Numbered from the stretch's first letter, positions 26,720-35,300 are shown. The stretch: 36,874 bases of DNA from a virus (IMGVR_UViG_3300031802_000005:1-36874), one strand, 5' to 3'. Numbers and translations: made by a program. Notes: generated by a model not told the origin, from the letters alone.

Positions 26720-26917
26720 ATAGTTATTTATTGTTTAGGTGTATCAAAGCTGGTACGAAAAAAAATACTGGCGGATTTTTGTCTAAAAGGAAGTCGCTAT
26801 ATTGCTTGTGTCTGTTATTGCATTTATAGTTTAAAAAATAATATAATAAGCAACAATGCCGGCCTATATAGAGAATTTTTAAAAGTTTTCCAGGTGGAGC
26901 CGAGTTTGATATATATG

Positions 26918-26984
26918 ACGTAGCAGCAGGCCGTTACGTAGCAGCAAGCCCTATCACGTAGCAGCAAGTCTGGACGTAGCAGCA
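26918..26984. repeat. Four perfect 11-bp direct repeats ACGTAGCAGCA (iteron-like)
   Basis: Copies start at 26918, 26936, 26956 and 26974, with unique spacers of 7, 9 and 7 bp. Confidence 0.95.
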
Positions 26985-26985
26985 G

Positions 26986-28086
26986 CTAATTCAAATCTAT
27001 TGTGGCTCCACGGTGTATAACGGACATAGTGGTATTAGATGTTTTAGAGCCGGCTATTGTTTCTCTTTTACTTCCCCATATATCACTGGTGTAATTGCCT
27101 TTTACTTTTAGGTTATAATCACCACCACTGTTTACATTGATATCACCATCAACGGTGACCAAGTTGATATTGCCTTTATCTACTTGTATATTGATATTTG
27201 CATTCGGCCCTACCTGTATATCATAGTGGTTATTAGGATGGCCGGTTTTGTTAATGTAAATCTTATGGCGGCCATCTATCGTGATATCTGAATCGCCACC
27301 AATGGAGTTGTAATTATTGAAAGAGGTAATTTCATATTTGTTAACTTTGTTAAGGTAGACAATGGTGCCAAAAGGATCTATTTCATATGAGGTACCTGTT
27401 CGGTGGGATTGATAAATTCTTTCTTTACCTTCAGTGTCATCCCATTCTGAAATATGGCCACTCTCACTTTCAAAAACGTGATTGTATGGATAAACGGCCG
27501 CATAAGGTACTTCAGGCTGATCCCAGGTATCGCCATCGGATCCTGTAATCATTCCACCTTTTGCATTGGTAGTCGCATTAAAGTCGGCCGTTGCTATGCC
27601 TGTTATGGTACTGGCTTGTCTTAATAGTAAATGTAAATGGGGGTTGGCGTCCATCTCTTTACCTGCGACAACAACTTTTTCATTAACGGCTAGTGAACTG
27701 GTGTCTGGTACAAAAACATCTCTAGGAAACTTTTGGTTAGGGTCATAAAATCCTTTATCAGCTCTTGCCGCTTCAATTGGATAGCCTGGCAAACTTCCGA
27801 TGATAACTGGTTGCTGGCATTGAGAGCCATCACGCATATAGCCTACGACCCACGAACCTTCCACAAGAAAGGATGGTGAATGGCCTAATCCTGAAATGCC
27901 TGGTGATGTAACAGGTAATATACATTGCGCCCACGGTAAGTCGGCCGTTGGTAGGACTTGCTTGTCGTGTGTGTGTATGCCAAGGACTCTTACTCTATAA
28001 CGGCCAAGATATTCTGGATCGTTTCTATCTTCTACCACACCTGTGAAAGAATAAAAATTTGCTGATAAAATATTAGAGTCGGCCAT
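26986..28086 (-). CDS. Baseplate central spike gp5 (OB-fold and beta-helix, no lysozyme domain)
   Basis: FTGVVEDRNDP..LGRYRVRVLGIH...LPWA, EGSWVVGY..DG..QQPVIIGS, YPYNHVFESESGH..E.DDT.GKERI...HRTGT. Confidence 0.92.
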   Translation of the reverse strand: MADSNILSANFYSFTGVVEDRNDPEYLGRYRVRVLGIHTHDKQVLPTADLPWAQCILPVTSPGISGLGHSPSFLVEGSWVVGYMRDGSQCQQPVIIGSLPGYPIEAARADKGFYDPNQKFPRDVFVPDTSSLAVNEKVVVAGKEMDANPHLHLLLRQASTITGIATADFNATTNAKGGMITGSDGDTWDQPEVPYAAVYPYNHVFESESGHISEWDDTEGKERIYQSHRTGTSYEIDPFGTIVYLNKVNKYEITSFNNYNSIGGDSDITIDGRHKIYINKTGHPNNHYDIQVGPNANINIQVDKGNINLVTVDGDINVNSGGDYNLKVKGNYTSDIWGSKRETIAGSKTSNTTMSVIHRGATIDLN

Positions 28087-28096
28087 AGGTTTTCCC

Positions 28097-28447
28097 TTAT
28101 TGATTTCCTTTTAAAGCACTCAACTTACGCATTACTAAACTATTTAGAATACCTTTACGCAACCTCGTGAGCATACTGCAATCATTAGATTGTTTACGCT
28201 GGCTCGTTTGCGCCATCTTTACGCACTCTTGCGTAAGAGGTAAGGTACCAGATATTCTATTCCAGAACACATTGAATACAGCGGAGTAGCTGTGAGGCTT
28301 CCTGCTTAGCATATAGTACAGCTGGCGACCTTGATGTGGTATGCTCAGTTTGTTATCTTGTCCTGCGTTATACACTACTCTCCTCGCAGAGTCAAGCACA
28401 TATCCTCGTAGTTGTTCTCTAATTGTTCTCATAGTTATTCTGTGCAT
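28097..28447 (-). CDS. Atypical ORF (116 aa), coding status uncertain
   Basis: Open frame filling the gap upstream of gp5, but R/S/Q-rich and overlaid with TTACGC repeats. Confidence 0.35.
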   Translation of the reverse strand: MHRITMRTIREQLRGYVLDSARRVVYNAGQDNKLSIPHQGRQLYYMLSRKPHSYSAVFNVFWNRISGTLPLTQECVKMAQTSQRKQSNDCSMLTRLRKGILNSLVMRKLSALKGNQ

Positions 28448-28478
28448 TACCTGTCTGTTCCTCTACTACGGCCATTCT

Positions 28479-28547
28479 CTACCATAGTAATAGTAATATC
28501 GCAAATATTACAAACAATACTATCTTCCATCTTCTTTTAATCTTCAT
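28479..28547 (-). CDS. Micro membrane peptide (22 aa)
   Basis: MKIKRRWKIVLFVIFAILLLLW; ATGA overlap with an upstream 23-aa ORF. Confidence 0.45.
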   Translation of the reverse strand: MKIKRRWKIVLFVIFAILLLLW

Positions 28548-28614
28548 CTTACACGTCTAGCGTTAGCGGCACTAAAAATTTGCGAATCTCGGAGAACACT
28601 CTCAATCCCTTTCA

Positions 28615-30117
28615 TTAAAAAGGTGTTCCTTTTATGTCCATTCCTGTTGGTCCTAATCGGCTCATTATTTGTTTATCTTGTTCGTATATATTATGTGTCT
28701 TACGTTTAGGCGCTTGGTGTCTCCAAGTTTGATGTTCTGGTATATATTGGTGAGCAACATTATCTTTAACTGCTACTATCGTCATATTATAACCACTAAT
28801 AACATCAACATTATGTTTAAGAAAAATAATTAAATATCGTCCTGCCCAATAAGGATTCTTACGTGCTGGTTTATTATCTCCTAAAGGTTGGAATAATGGC
28901 ATTTCAAAATCAATAATATCTCCTGCCTGCAACACTGAATTACCAGGTACATTTAAAGTTAGGACACCATTTTTTAATAGAGTCTCCTGTGACATTATCT
29001 TTTGAGTACTTATTTCAGCACTAATATTACCAAATTTATCGTGAACCCTACTTGGGTTTGATGATAAGAATACTCGTTGGTCGTATGATTCCGATAACCT
29101 ACTACCTTCAATATTTCCAGCAGCAGGTAAATGAATTTTATCAGCTGATTTATATCCATCTCCATCGTGTTCAGTGTGAAAATGTTTAGAGAAATCCTTT
29201 TCATAATTATAATCAGTTATGTTAATAGTTTTATAAAACGAATCATACTCTATTGATTTATTTGCATAACCACCACTGCTTAAATTCATTAACACATCAA
29301 CAGGTTTATCTAACGTCCAATTATTAACACCGTGCATATCTTTTATTGGTTCTTCAACTCCTGTACGTGGATTCCTAACGTTCTTTATTTGTGGTCTATA
29401 ATGCCATTTAGTAGGTCGTGCTATGGCACCAGCCAAAGCAAACAAAGATTCATAACTTCTAAAATGGTATCCATCTAGCGTTTCATAAAATAAATATCCT
29501 GCATTTTCATATTGTCGTGATACAGCCCTAGCACATAACATTCGTATGGCAGCAAATGGTTTCAAATTAGGTATTACTATTTTTGTTTTATACTTTGTAG
29601 GTTCTATATAAAGTTGTTTTTTACTATTAAGGTATTTTTTATTTGTAAATATATCTTCAACACCTAATTCAACTGGACCTTCATAAGCCTTACTAACCTT
29701 ACGCATATTATTAAAATAAGATTCTCTTGAACAAAAAAGGATGTCATATGCTTGACCACGTACAGATTCTTTATCTTGGGCAACTGTTTGTATTTGATAA
29801 ATGTGAAATGGATGACCTTCGTTAGCGACAGCATTAACACCATTAAGACCTGGTGTATTAAATTTTAAATTTAATCTTTCTAAACCTGTAATAGGGAGAA
29901 TAGTACGAACATCAGCAGTATCATATATTTGTATCTTACCAACCATTGAGTGTTCATAGATATCTTCATCTAGTGTTATCTTTAAAATGATATTTTTAAT
30001 ATCAATTGTAATTGGTTGTTGACGTCCAGGAGCTCCATCTGCCATTCTATAGGATAGAATTTCAGCTACACTTAAACTTAAATCTTCTGAATTTTGTATT
30101 GTGTTAGATAGTGCCAT
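28615..30117 (-). CDS. Putative baseplate hub protein (gp27 / late-control-D-like)
   Basis: Between gp53 and gp5. EDIY...LPITGLE, YLFYETLDGYHFRS, VPGNS.LQAGDII, GRYLI...KH. Confidence 0.7.
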   Translation of the reverse strand: MALSNTIQNSEDLSLSVAEILSYRMADGAPGRQQPITIDIKNIILKITLDEDIYEHSMVGKIQIYDTADVRTILPITGLERLNLKFNTPGLNGVNAVANEGHPFHIYQIQTVAQDKESVRGQAYDILFCSRESYFNNMRKVSKAYEGPVELGVEDIFTNKKYLNSKKQLYIEPTKYKTKIVIPNLKPFAAIRMLCARAVSRQYENAGYLFYETLDGYHFRSYESLFALAGAIARPTKWHYRPQIKNVRNPRTGVEEPIKDMHGVNNWTLDKPVDVLMNLSSGGYANKSIEYDSFYKTINITDYNYEKDFSKHFHTEHDGDGYKSADKIHLPAAGNIEGSRLSESYDQRVFLSSNPSRVHDKFGNISAEISTQKIMSQETLLKNGVLTLNVPGNSVLQAGDIIDFEMPLFQPLGDNKPARKNPYWAGRYLIIFLKHNVDVISGYNMTIVAVKDNVAHQYIPEHQTWRHQAPKRKTHNIYEQDKQIMSRLGPTGMDIKGTPF

Positions 30118-30118
30118 A

Positions 30119-30655
30119 TCATTTTCTAATCAATGTATTAAATTCTGTAACAAAGAAATTTAAATATTTCGGATCTAATATTCTAATTTGCCTCTTTTTA
30201 TCCTGTATTCTTCTTTCATATTCAGCATTAGTCACAGGACCAGCACCTGCGTCTATTGAATTACACTCTATTATATGAGAATAATCTCCAGGTCCATCAC
30301 CTATTTGTTTTCCACTTGATTGTATTTTTTCATAATGATGTATTGCCTCAGGATTTGTATATTTGTCTTTTAAGTATTGTTCAAATGCTATACTAGGTAA
30401 CGGCCAATCATAATAAACATTTTCAATATTATTCATTAAACACACAACCCAAAAATAATTTGTGCTACCATAAACTTTGTATGCCACGTGTTCTGGTTTT
30501 TCTCCATCTTCAACATCATAATTATCTATTAAAGATATATTACCTTTTATTTTATTTACTATTTTTATCCTACGAAATATATCAGGCACAACTTTAACAG
30601 TATTATTGCCCTTAATATCATAAAGCATTTTAGGAAATTGATTAAAATATTCCAT
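30119..30655 (-). CDS. Baseplate wedge subunit gp53
   Basis: YFNQFP, DGEKPEHVAYKVYGS..YFWVV..N......WP, HHYE, EYE.....KRQIRIL. Confidence 0.92.
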   Translation of the reverse strand: MEYFNQFPKMLYDIKGNNTVKVVPDIFRRIKIVNKIKGNISLIDNYDVEDGEKPEHVAYKVYGSTNYFWVVCLMNNIENVYYDWPLPSIAFEQYLKDKYTNPEAIHHYEKIQSSGKQIGDGPGDYSHIIECNSIDAGAGPVTNAEYERRIQDKKRQIRILDPKYLNFFVTEFNTLIRK

Positions 30656-31863
30656 TAATATCCTTCAAAGATTTTATCTTTAGTCATAAATTCTAATTCT
30701 ACAAAATTCAAATCAAGTGTATAGCAAACAGGTGAGTTGTCGTCAAAGGTTTTAAAATTACCACCTTCTGGTGTATAACTAACATCAACTTTTTTCAAAG
30801 CACATCTTGATATCCTAGGCAAAGCTTTATTTCTACCAGTATTATGTAAATAATGTATTTCAAATTCTGATGGTACTCTAAATAAACGGTCTTCAAAAGC
30901 TGAGTCTTTCCAAGGGTGCATATGATATTTAAACATTAAAATAATATTTTGAGCAGCTGATGTTTCTTCTTGATTTCTCGGCCAAAATTTAAACTGATAT
31001 GTAAATTCTCTAAATGTTGGTCCTTCGTAAAACTGTTCTTTATGTGTATTCAACGCATATCCTTTATGCTTACCATAAACTTTTACAATATCCCCTAACC
31101 CTAACGTTTCAGTAGTAGCCCCTACAGCATTTTTAAATGCTTTAATTGCTATCCCAAATCCGTGTTTAGCTATCGTTTCAACAACATTTGTATCATTATC
31201 CTTACCGTGTAATGATTTAATTAAATGAGCTAAATCACCACTTGTTTCTGTAGATTCTGGTGCCCACTCTTGATTATAACTTACTTTAATATCTGGTGGC
31301 ATATACAATGCAACTGCACCAGTTACCAAACGTTTACCTTGCTGTGGTAAATTAAAATTAGTCATATTAACATCAGGAATTTTAATACCTTTGTTTGCGT
31401 ATTGCTGTCTTATATTATCAAAGTCTGCATAGCTAGCGTCTGTATTAGAATGGGGATTTGGATCATCTCCCCAACCTGGGTTTAATTTCAATGCATTTGC
31501 TACTTTCAAATCCATTACCCCACCTTGGTCTCCAGCAGCATTGGATATCATAAAAAATAACATCCAATTTCCTAATTCATTGCCTGTTAATTCTGTTGGA
31601 TATTGGATATGTCTAAATCCTAACTTATCCTGGTCTTTCCACGCTTGTTGTGCTGATTTTTTAGGAGTAAATGGTGATTTATCTAATAATTGAGCAACTG
31701 CTTCAGTTTGGGAGCTACTAACATTTGTTGCACCAAAATTACTAATAAGGTCTGCTAAATTTAATCGTCCACCAATCTGTGAAGTAATCTTATTGACAAT
31801 AAACCCCTTAGCATTGGTTACTGCACGGTTTAAATACTTTGATATGTTGATACTTTTTCCCAT
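30655..31863 (-). CDS. Baseplate tail-tube cap gp48
   Basis: LYMP, F...FREFTYQFKFWPRNQEE...II..FK, P.EFEI, C....V.YTP, L.F.E motifs of the gp48 family. Confidence 0.88.
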   Translation of the reverse strand: MGKSINISKYLNRAVTNAKGFIVNKITSQIGGRLNLADLISNFGATNVSSSQTEAVAQLLDKSPFTPKKSAQQAWKDQDKLGFRHIQYPTELTGNELGNWMLFFMISNAAGDQGGVMDLKVANALKLNPGWGDDPNPHSNTDASYADFDNIRQQYANKGIKIPDVNMTNFNLPQQGKRLVTGAVALYMPPDIKVSYNQEWAPESTETSGDLAHLIKSLHGKDNDTNVVETIAKHGFGIAIKAFKNAVGATTETLGLGDIVKVYGKHKGYALNTHKEQFYEGPTFREFTYQFKFWPRNQEETSAAQNIILMFKYHMHPWKDSAFEDRLFRVPSEFEIHYLHNTGRNKALPRISRCALKKVDVSYTPEGGNFKTFDDNSPVCYTLDLNFVELEFMTKDKIFEGY

Positions 31864-31875
31864 TTAGATCCTTGT

Positions 31876-31897
31876 TATAAATACTTATATATTTATA
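31876..31897. promoter_or_regulatory. Face-to-face late promoters TATAAATA-N6-TATTTATA serving gp4 (+) and gp48 (-)
   Basis: Two exact consensus copies at 31876-31883 (+) and 31890-31897 (-). Confidence 0.85.
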
Positions 31898-31914
31898 TGA
31901 TTAATAGATAGATT

Positions 31915-32346
31915 ATGGCAAAGAGTTACAAAGGTTTATATAAAGCAACACATCCCAAAAAGTACGTAGGCAATCCAAATCAAATAGTATATAGGTCTCT
32001 TTTAGAAAGGAGATTTATGCGTTATTGTGATTTGAATACTGATATAGTACATTGGGCAAGTGAAGAGTTACCTATCAGGTACTATAGTCCGTTGGATAAA
32101 AAATGGCATAGATACTTTCCAGACTTTGTAATTAAAACAATCAAAGATAAAAAGTATATGATAGAAATTAAACCATCTAGGCAATGTAAAAGACCTAAAA
32201 CACCTAAAAGAAAAACAAGGTCATTTATGATTGAGTCATTTAACTATATTAAAAATAAAGCAAAATGGTCTGCTGCTAGGTCATTTTGTTCAGATAACAA
32301 TATGCAATTCAAAATTATTACTGAAAAAGATTTGGGGAGTTGGTAA
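31915..32346 (+). CDS. Head completion nuclease gp4 (TnsA-like PD-(D/E)XK)
   Basis: P.KYVG....IVYRSLLE, WASEE, HRYFPDF, IEIKP, N.AKW.AA, ITEKDL. Confidence 0.93.
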   Translation: MAKSYKGLYKATHPKKYVGNPNQIVYRSLLERRFMRYCDLNTDIVHWASEELPIRYYSPLDKKWHRYFPDFVIKTIKDKKYMIEIKPSRQCKRPKTPKRKTRSFMIESFNYIKNKAKWSAARSFCSDNNMQFKIITEKDLGSW

Positions 32347-32349
32347 ATA

Positions 32350-32658
32350 TTAAAGTGAAAATGATGTGCCACATCCACAAGAGGATTTAGCTTTAGGGTT
32401 CTTGAATACAAAATTAGAACCAAATATATCGTTCTTATAATCTAACTGCATACCTAATATATACATTTCATATATTTTATCTACTAATAATATATCATCT
32501 ACAAGAATATCAGTTGGTTTAGATTCATTTTCAAACGTCCAATCATATCCAAACCCAGCACAACCACCACCCTTTACAGATAATCTAACAAATGCTTTTC
32601 TATTTGTTTCTCTTAATTCATTTATTCTATTTTTTGCGTTTTCTAGTATTGTTATCAT
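32350..32658 (-). CDS. iscA: A-type Fe-S cluster carrier (IscA/ErpA/HesB family)
   Basis: VRLSVKGGGCAGFGY, LDY, NPKAKSSCGCGTSF with all three Cys. Confidence 0.92.
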   Translation of the reverse strand: MITILENAKNRINELRETNRKAFVRLSVKGGGCAGFGYDWTFENESKPTDILVDDILLVDKIYEMYILGMQLDYKNDIFGSNFVFKNPKAKSSCGCGTSFSL

Positions 32659-32662
32659 TTAA

Positions 32663-34609
32663 TTATTTTGTAATAGCATTACTATAGCCACTAGATGAAC
32701 TCAACTTGTCAGGACTAGTCCAAATTGATATTTGAGCGGCTGTATCATTTTTTATAGCAGTTTTCTTACTGTTATCCAATAAATAATTTGGGTTACTTCC
32801 TCCATCCAGATTCAAAGCTTGTGTGTTAGTCCGTTCAGCTTTCATAATGTTCAGTTGGTCAAGTTTAGATTTTGCTTTTAATTCGGCCGATAGGTTCAGT
32901 TTTTTCTTATCAATGTGTGAAAAAGCGGTGTTTATGTCGGTATAATCTAAAAATGGGTGCATTGTCTTGCTGCCAAACTTATACTCCATCTCCAAACCTT
33001 TAAGTTTTATTTGATTTTGTTTAAATATTTTTTCAAATGCGTTTGCTTCCATTTCACCTTCGGTAATACCTAGGTTTACTGGTCCAACTGGAGTATCAGT
33101 CATTACTGGTACTATTTTACTCCTCATTAAGGCAAGTTCTGCTTCTTGCTGAGCTATTAAAGACTTTAATAACTCTATTTTAGGAGCCAGTGTTGCCTCT
33201 TTTTCAAAGACATCATCCTTTGCTAGTTCTACCATATATTTTTGAGGTTTAGTACCAGGGTGCCTTGTTGATAATGCAATTGTTTTTTGTGCTGAAGCTT
33301 CTATGTGATCCAAAAGTCTTTGTAAATTATCTTTTGTTATTTTTTCATCTTCAGGTTTTAATTTTCCTGTATTTAATATTTCCATTATATAAGCTATTGT
33401 GTTCATCATAACACCCATTTTATGTTCATCTGCCATCATTACATTAAATTTGTCTCCATCTAGCGTTTGGTCAGCCATTTGAGATGAAGCGTCAACTATA
33501 TTTTTTTGGTCACTTCCTGAAAGAGGGCCCTTTCCTTCAGCACGCTCTTTAGCTTCTTTCATACCAACTAAAAGTAGTTGTTGGTCAGTTAAAACGTCAT
33601 CCCCCAAAAGCGCACCAGCCAAATTCGGGAAATGTTTTGCATACCATTTTTCTTCTTGCGTTGCCATATTTTCATTAAAAGCTTTTTGTGCTTTACTAGT
33701 AACTTTATGTAAATGGTCTAACACTGTACCTCTATATTCTTTCATTTCATTGGTTACATAACCTATACCTGCTGCTAGTGCTATTGCTAATGAGGCCGCA
33801 ATAATAAATGGCCAACCTATTACTAATGCACCAAGAGTAGTACCTATTGTTATACCTGTTCCTGAAAGTACCCCACCAATTTTAGCTGCCATTATCAACG
33901 CTGGTCCTGTTAAAGCCATAATACCCCAATCCATACCTTTAAATTCACCAGTTGCTTTATTACCTGACATCCAATCATAAAGTGATTTCATTCCCATAGT
34001 AGCAAATGCTAATAATCCTACTACTATTCCTTTTGGACCAAACATAGAAGCAAATAATCCCACTCCTAACATAGTACTCATATCAGATTTAGTTTTTTCA
34101 TCTGTATCCAATTTAGATATTAACATATTACCAAGCATTGCACCAATGGCTGCTAAAACACCTTTTTTAAATACTCCTTTCATAAACAACATTAAAGCAC
34201 CAGCAGATAGTACTGTTCCCCATTTACCTGCCATAAATCCTCCTAAAAAAGCTCCAAGTCCACCTTCACCAGGAATGGCTTCTCCTTTAAATGTACTTTC
34301 AAACCAAGGATCCCCTTTTTTATCTGATTCAAGTTCGTTTTCTTTTCTTTCTTGTCTAACTAGTCTTGCTTCATTTTTTTCAAAATTTACTCCTGCCTGT
34401 ATTGTTTGCCAAACCTGTGTTATTTTATCAATAGTTCTTTGTTGTAAATCAGCTATAGTATCTAGTACACCCATAGTACCAGTTGCACCTGATTCTATTT
34501 TTGATTTATTTGCAACCGCTGTTGCTCCTAATAGAGTTTGCCCTACTTTACTTTGGATATTTTGTCCAAGTGAAGTGAGGTTATCTGCCATTACTATTGA
34601 ATCTGCCAT
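32663..34609 (-). CDS. Putative tape-measure / gp29-like protein
   Basis: 648 aa, helical character with a Gly/Ala-rich hydrophobic stretch (about residues 115-285). Size similar to T4 gp29 and near the baseplate genes. No diagnostic motif. Confidence 0.5.
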   Translation of the reverse strand: MADSIVMADNLTSLGQNIQSKVGQTLLGATAVANKSKIESGATGTMGVLDTIADLQQRTIDKITQVWQTIQAGVNFEKNEARLVRQERKENELESDKKGDPWFESTFKGEAIPGEGGLGAFLGGFMAGKWGTVLSAGALMLFMKGVFKKGVLAAIGAMLGNMLISKLDTDEKTKSDMSTMLGVGLFASMFGPKGIVVGLLAFATMGMKSLYDWMSGNKATGEFKGMDWGIMALTGPALIMAAKIGGVLSGTGITIGTTLGALVIGWPFIIAASLAIALAAGIGYVTNEMKEYRGTVLDHLHKVTSKAQKAFNENMATQEEKWYAKHFPNLAGALLGDDVLTDQQLLLVGMKEAKERAEGKGPLSGSDQKNIVDASSQMADQTLDGDKFNVMMADEHKMGVMMNTIAYIMEILNTGKLKPEDEKITKDNLQRLLDHIEASAQKTIALSTRHPGTKPQKYMVELAKDDVFEKEATLAPKIELLKSLIAQQEAELALMRSKIVPVMTDTPVGPVNLGITEGEMEANAFEKIFKQNQIKLKGLEMEYKFGSKTMHPFLDYTDINTAFSHIDKKKLNLSAELKAKSKLDQLNIMKAERTNTQALNLDGGSNPNYLLDNSKKTAIKNDTAAQISIWTSPDKLSSSSGYSNAITK

Positions 34610-34612
34610 TGT

Positions 34613-34759
34613 TTATTCTGTTTGTATGATTTCTTTGCTATATTCTATTGCTTCTGCTCTATCTCTATTATGTAAATAGAACCCAAATAATATAGCAATC
34701 ACGAATAGAAAAATCATTGCTTTTGTTAACCACTTAATATCTCCATTCCATTTACTCAC
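34613..34759 (-). CDS. Small single-TM protein (48 aa, GTG start)
   Basis: MSKWNGDIKWLTKAMIFLFVIAILFGFYLHNRDR...QTE; TAGTG coupling. Confidence 0.55.
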   Translation of the reverse strand: MSKWNGDIKWLTKAMIFLFVIAILFGFYLHNRDRAEAIEYSKEIIQTE

Positions 34760-34899
34760 TATATACTCTTCATTATCGCTTTAACAAAGTCAGCATTTGC
34801 TTTCTTTGTTTCATCACAAATAGTTCCTGCTGTACTGACCGTTTCATTACATAGTTCTTTTGAAACTTCAATACACCATCTTTTTAATTCTTTTAACAT
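34759..34899 (-). CDS. Small hypothetical protein (46 aa)
   Basis: MLKELKRWCIEVSKELCNETVSTAGTICDETKKANADFVKAIMKSI; TAATG coupling and AAGGA RBS. Confidence 0.6.
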   Translation of the reverse strand: MLKELKRWCIEVSKELCNETVSTAGTICDETKKANADFVKAIMKSI

Positions 34900-35300
34900 T
34901 ATTCGTCCTTTTTATGTTTGCCTAGAATTTCTACAATCTCCCAAGTACCATCATTATAATGATGTACTCTTGCGTCAACTAAATCACACATAAATGCTAA
35001 TGACTCACCGTCTATTTTATATGTAATACCATTTATTTCTACACTATCTGTTTCTTCTGCTCTATTTCTCCAAGCTTTTTCAACTTCTCTTTTGGTCTTT
35101 AAGCAATCAGACATACTATTTGCGCCTTTATGGTCAATCAATGTACCATCTGCAAAAACACAAACTGCAAAAACTACTTCTGGTTTTTGTGCGTCAGCCA
35201 TAACTTTTGGATCACACGTTGCGTGAGCCTCACTTGCAAAAGCATTATGGCTAAATAATAATGCACACATTAAAATAATTGCATATAATAATTTTTTCAT
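34899..35300 (-). CDS. Secreted Cys-containing hypothetical protein
   Basis: Signal peptide ending AFA; SMSDCLKTKREVEK...FMC; GGAGA RBS. Confidence 0.8.
   Translation of the reverse strand: MKKLLYAIILMCALLFSHNAFASEAHATCDPKVMADAQKPEVVFAVCVFADGTLIDHKGANSMSDCLKTKREVEKAWRNRAEETDSVEINGITYKIDGESLAFMCDLVDARVHHYNDGTWEIVEILGKHKKDE

Noticed and set aside
26918-26984. Mini-CRISPR interpretation of the ACGTAGCAGCA array
   Set aside because: Repeats of 11 bp and spacers of 7-9 bp are far too short, and no cas genes are present.
27566-27748. Antisense 60-aa ORF inside gp5 as a repEA/repEB analogue
   Set aside because: Position is suggestive, but it reads like a codon shadow of gp5 and has no promoter or RBS I could find.
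22756-28597. GATTCG / CTCCGAG-containing motif near 22757, 25260-25286 and 28576-28597 (GANTC-type sites)
   Set aside because: Similarity is short and gapped, and the same hexamer also occurs inside genes; not supportable without statistics.
31915-32346. TnsA-like nuclease as a transposon or homing endonuclease
   Set aside because: Matches core head-completion gp4 in motifs and position; no mobile-element ends.
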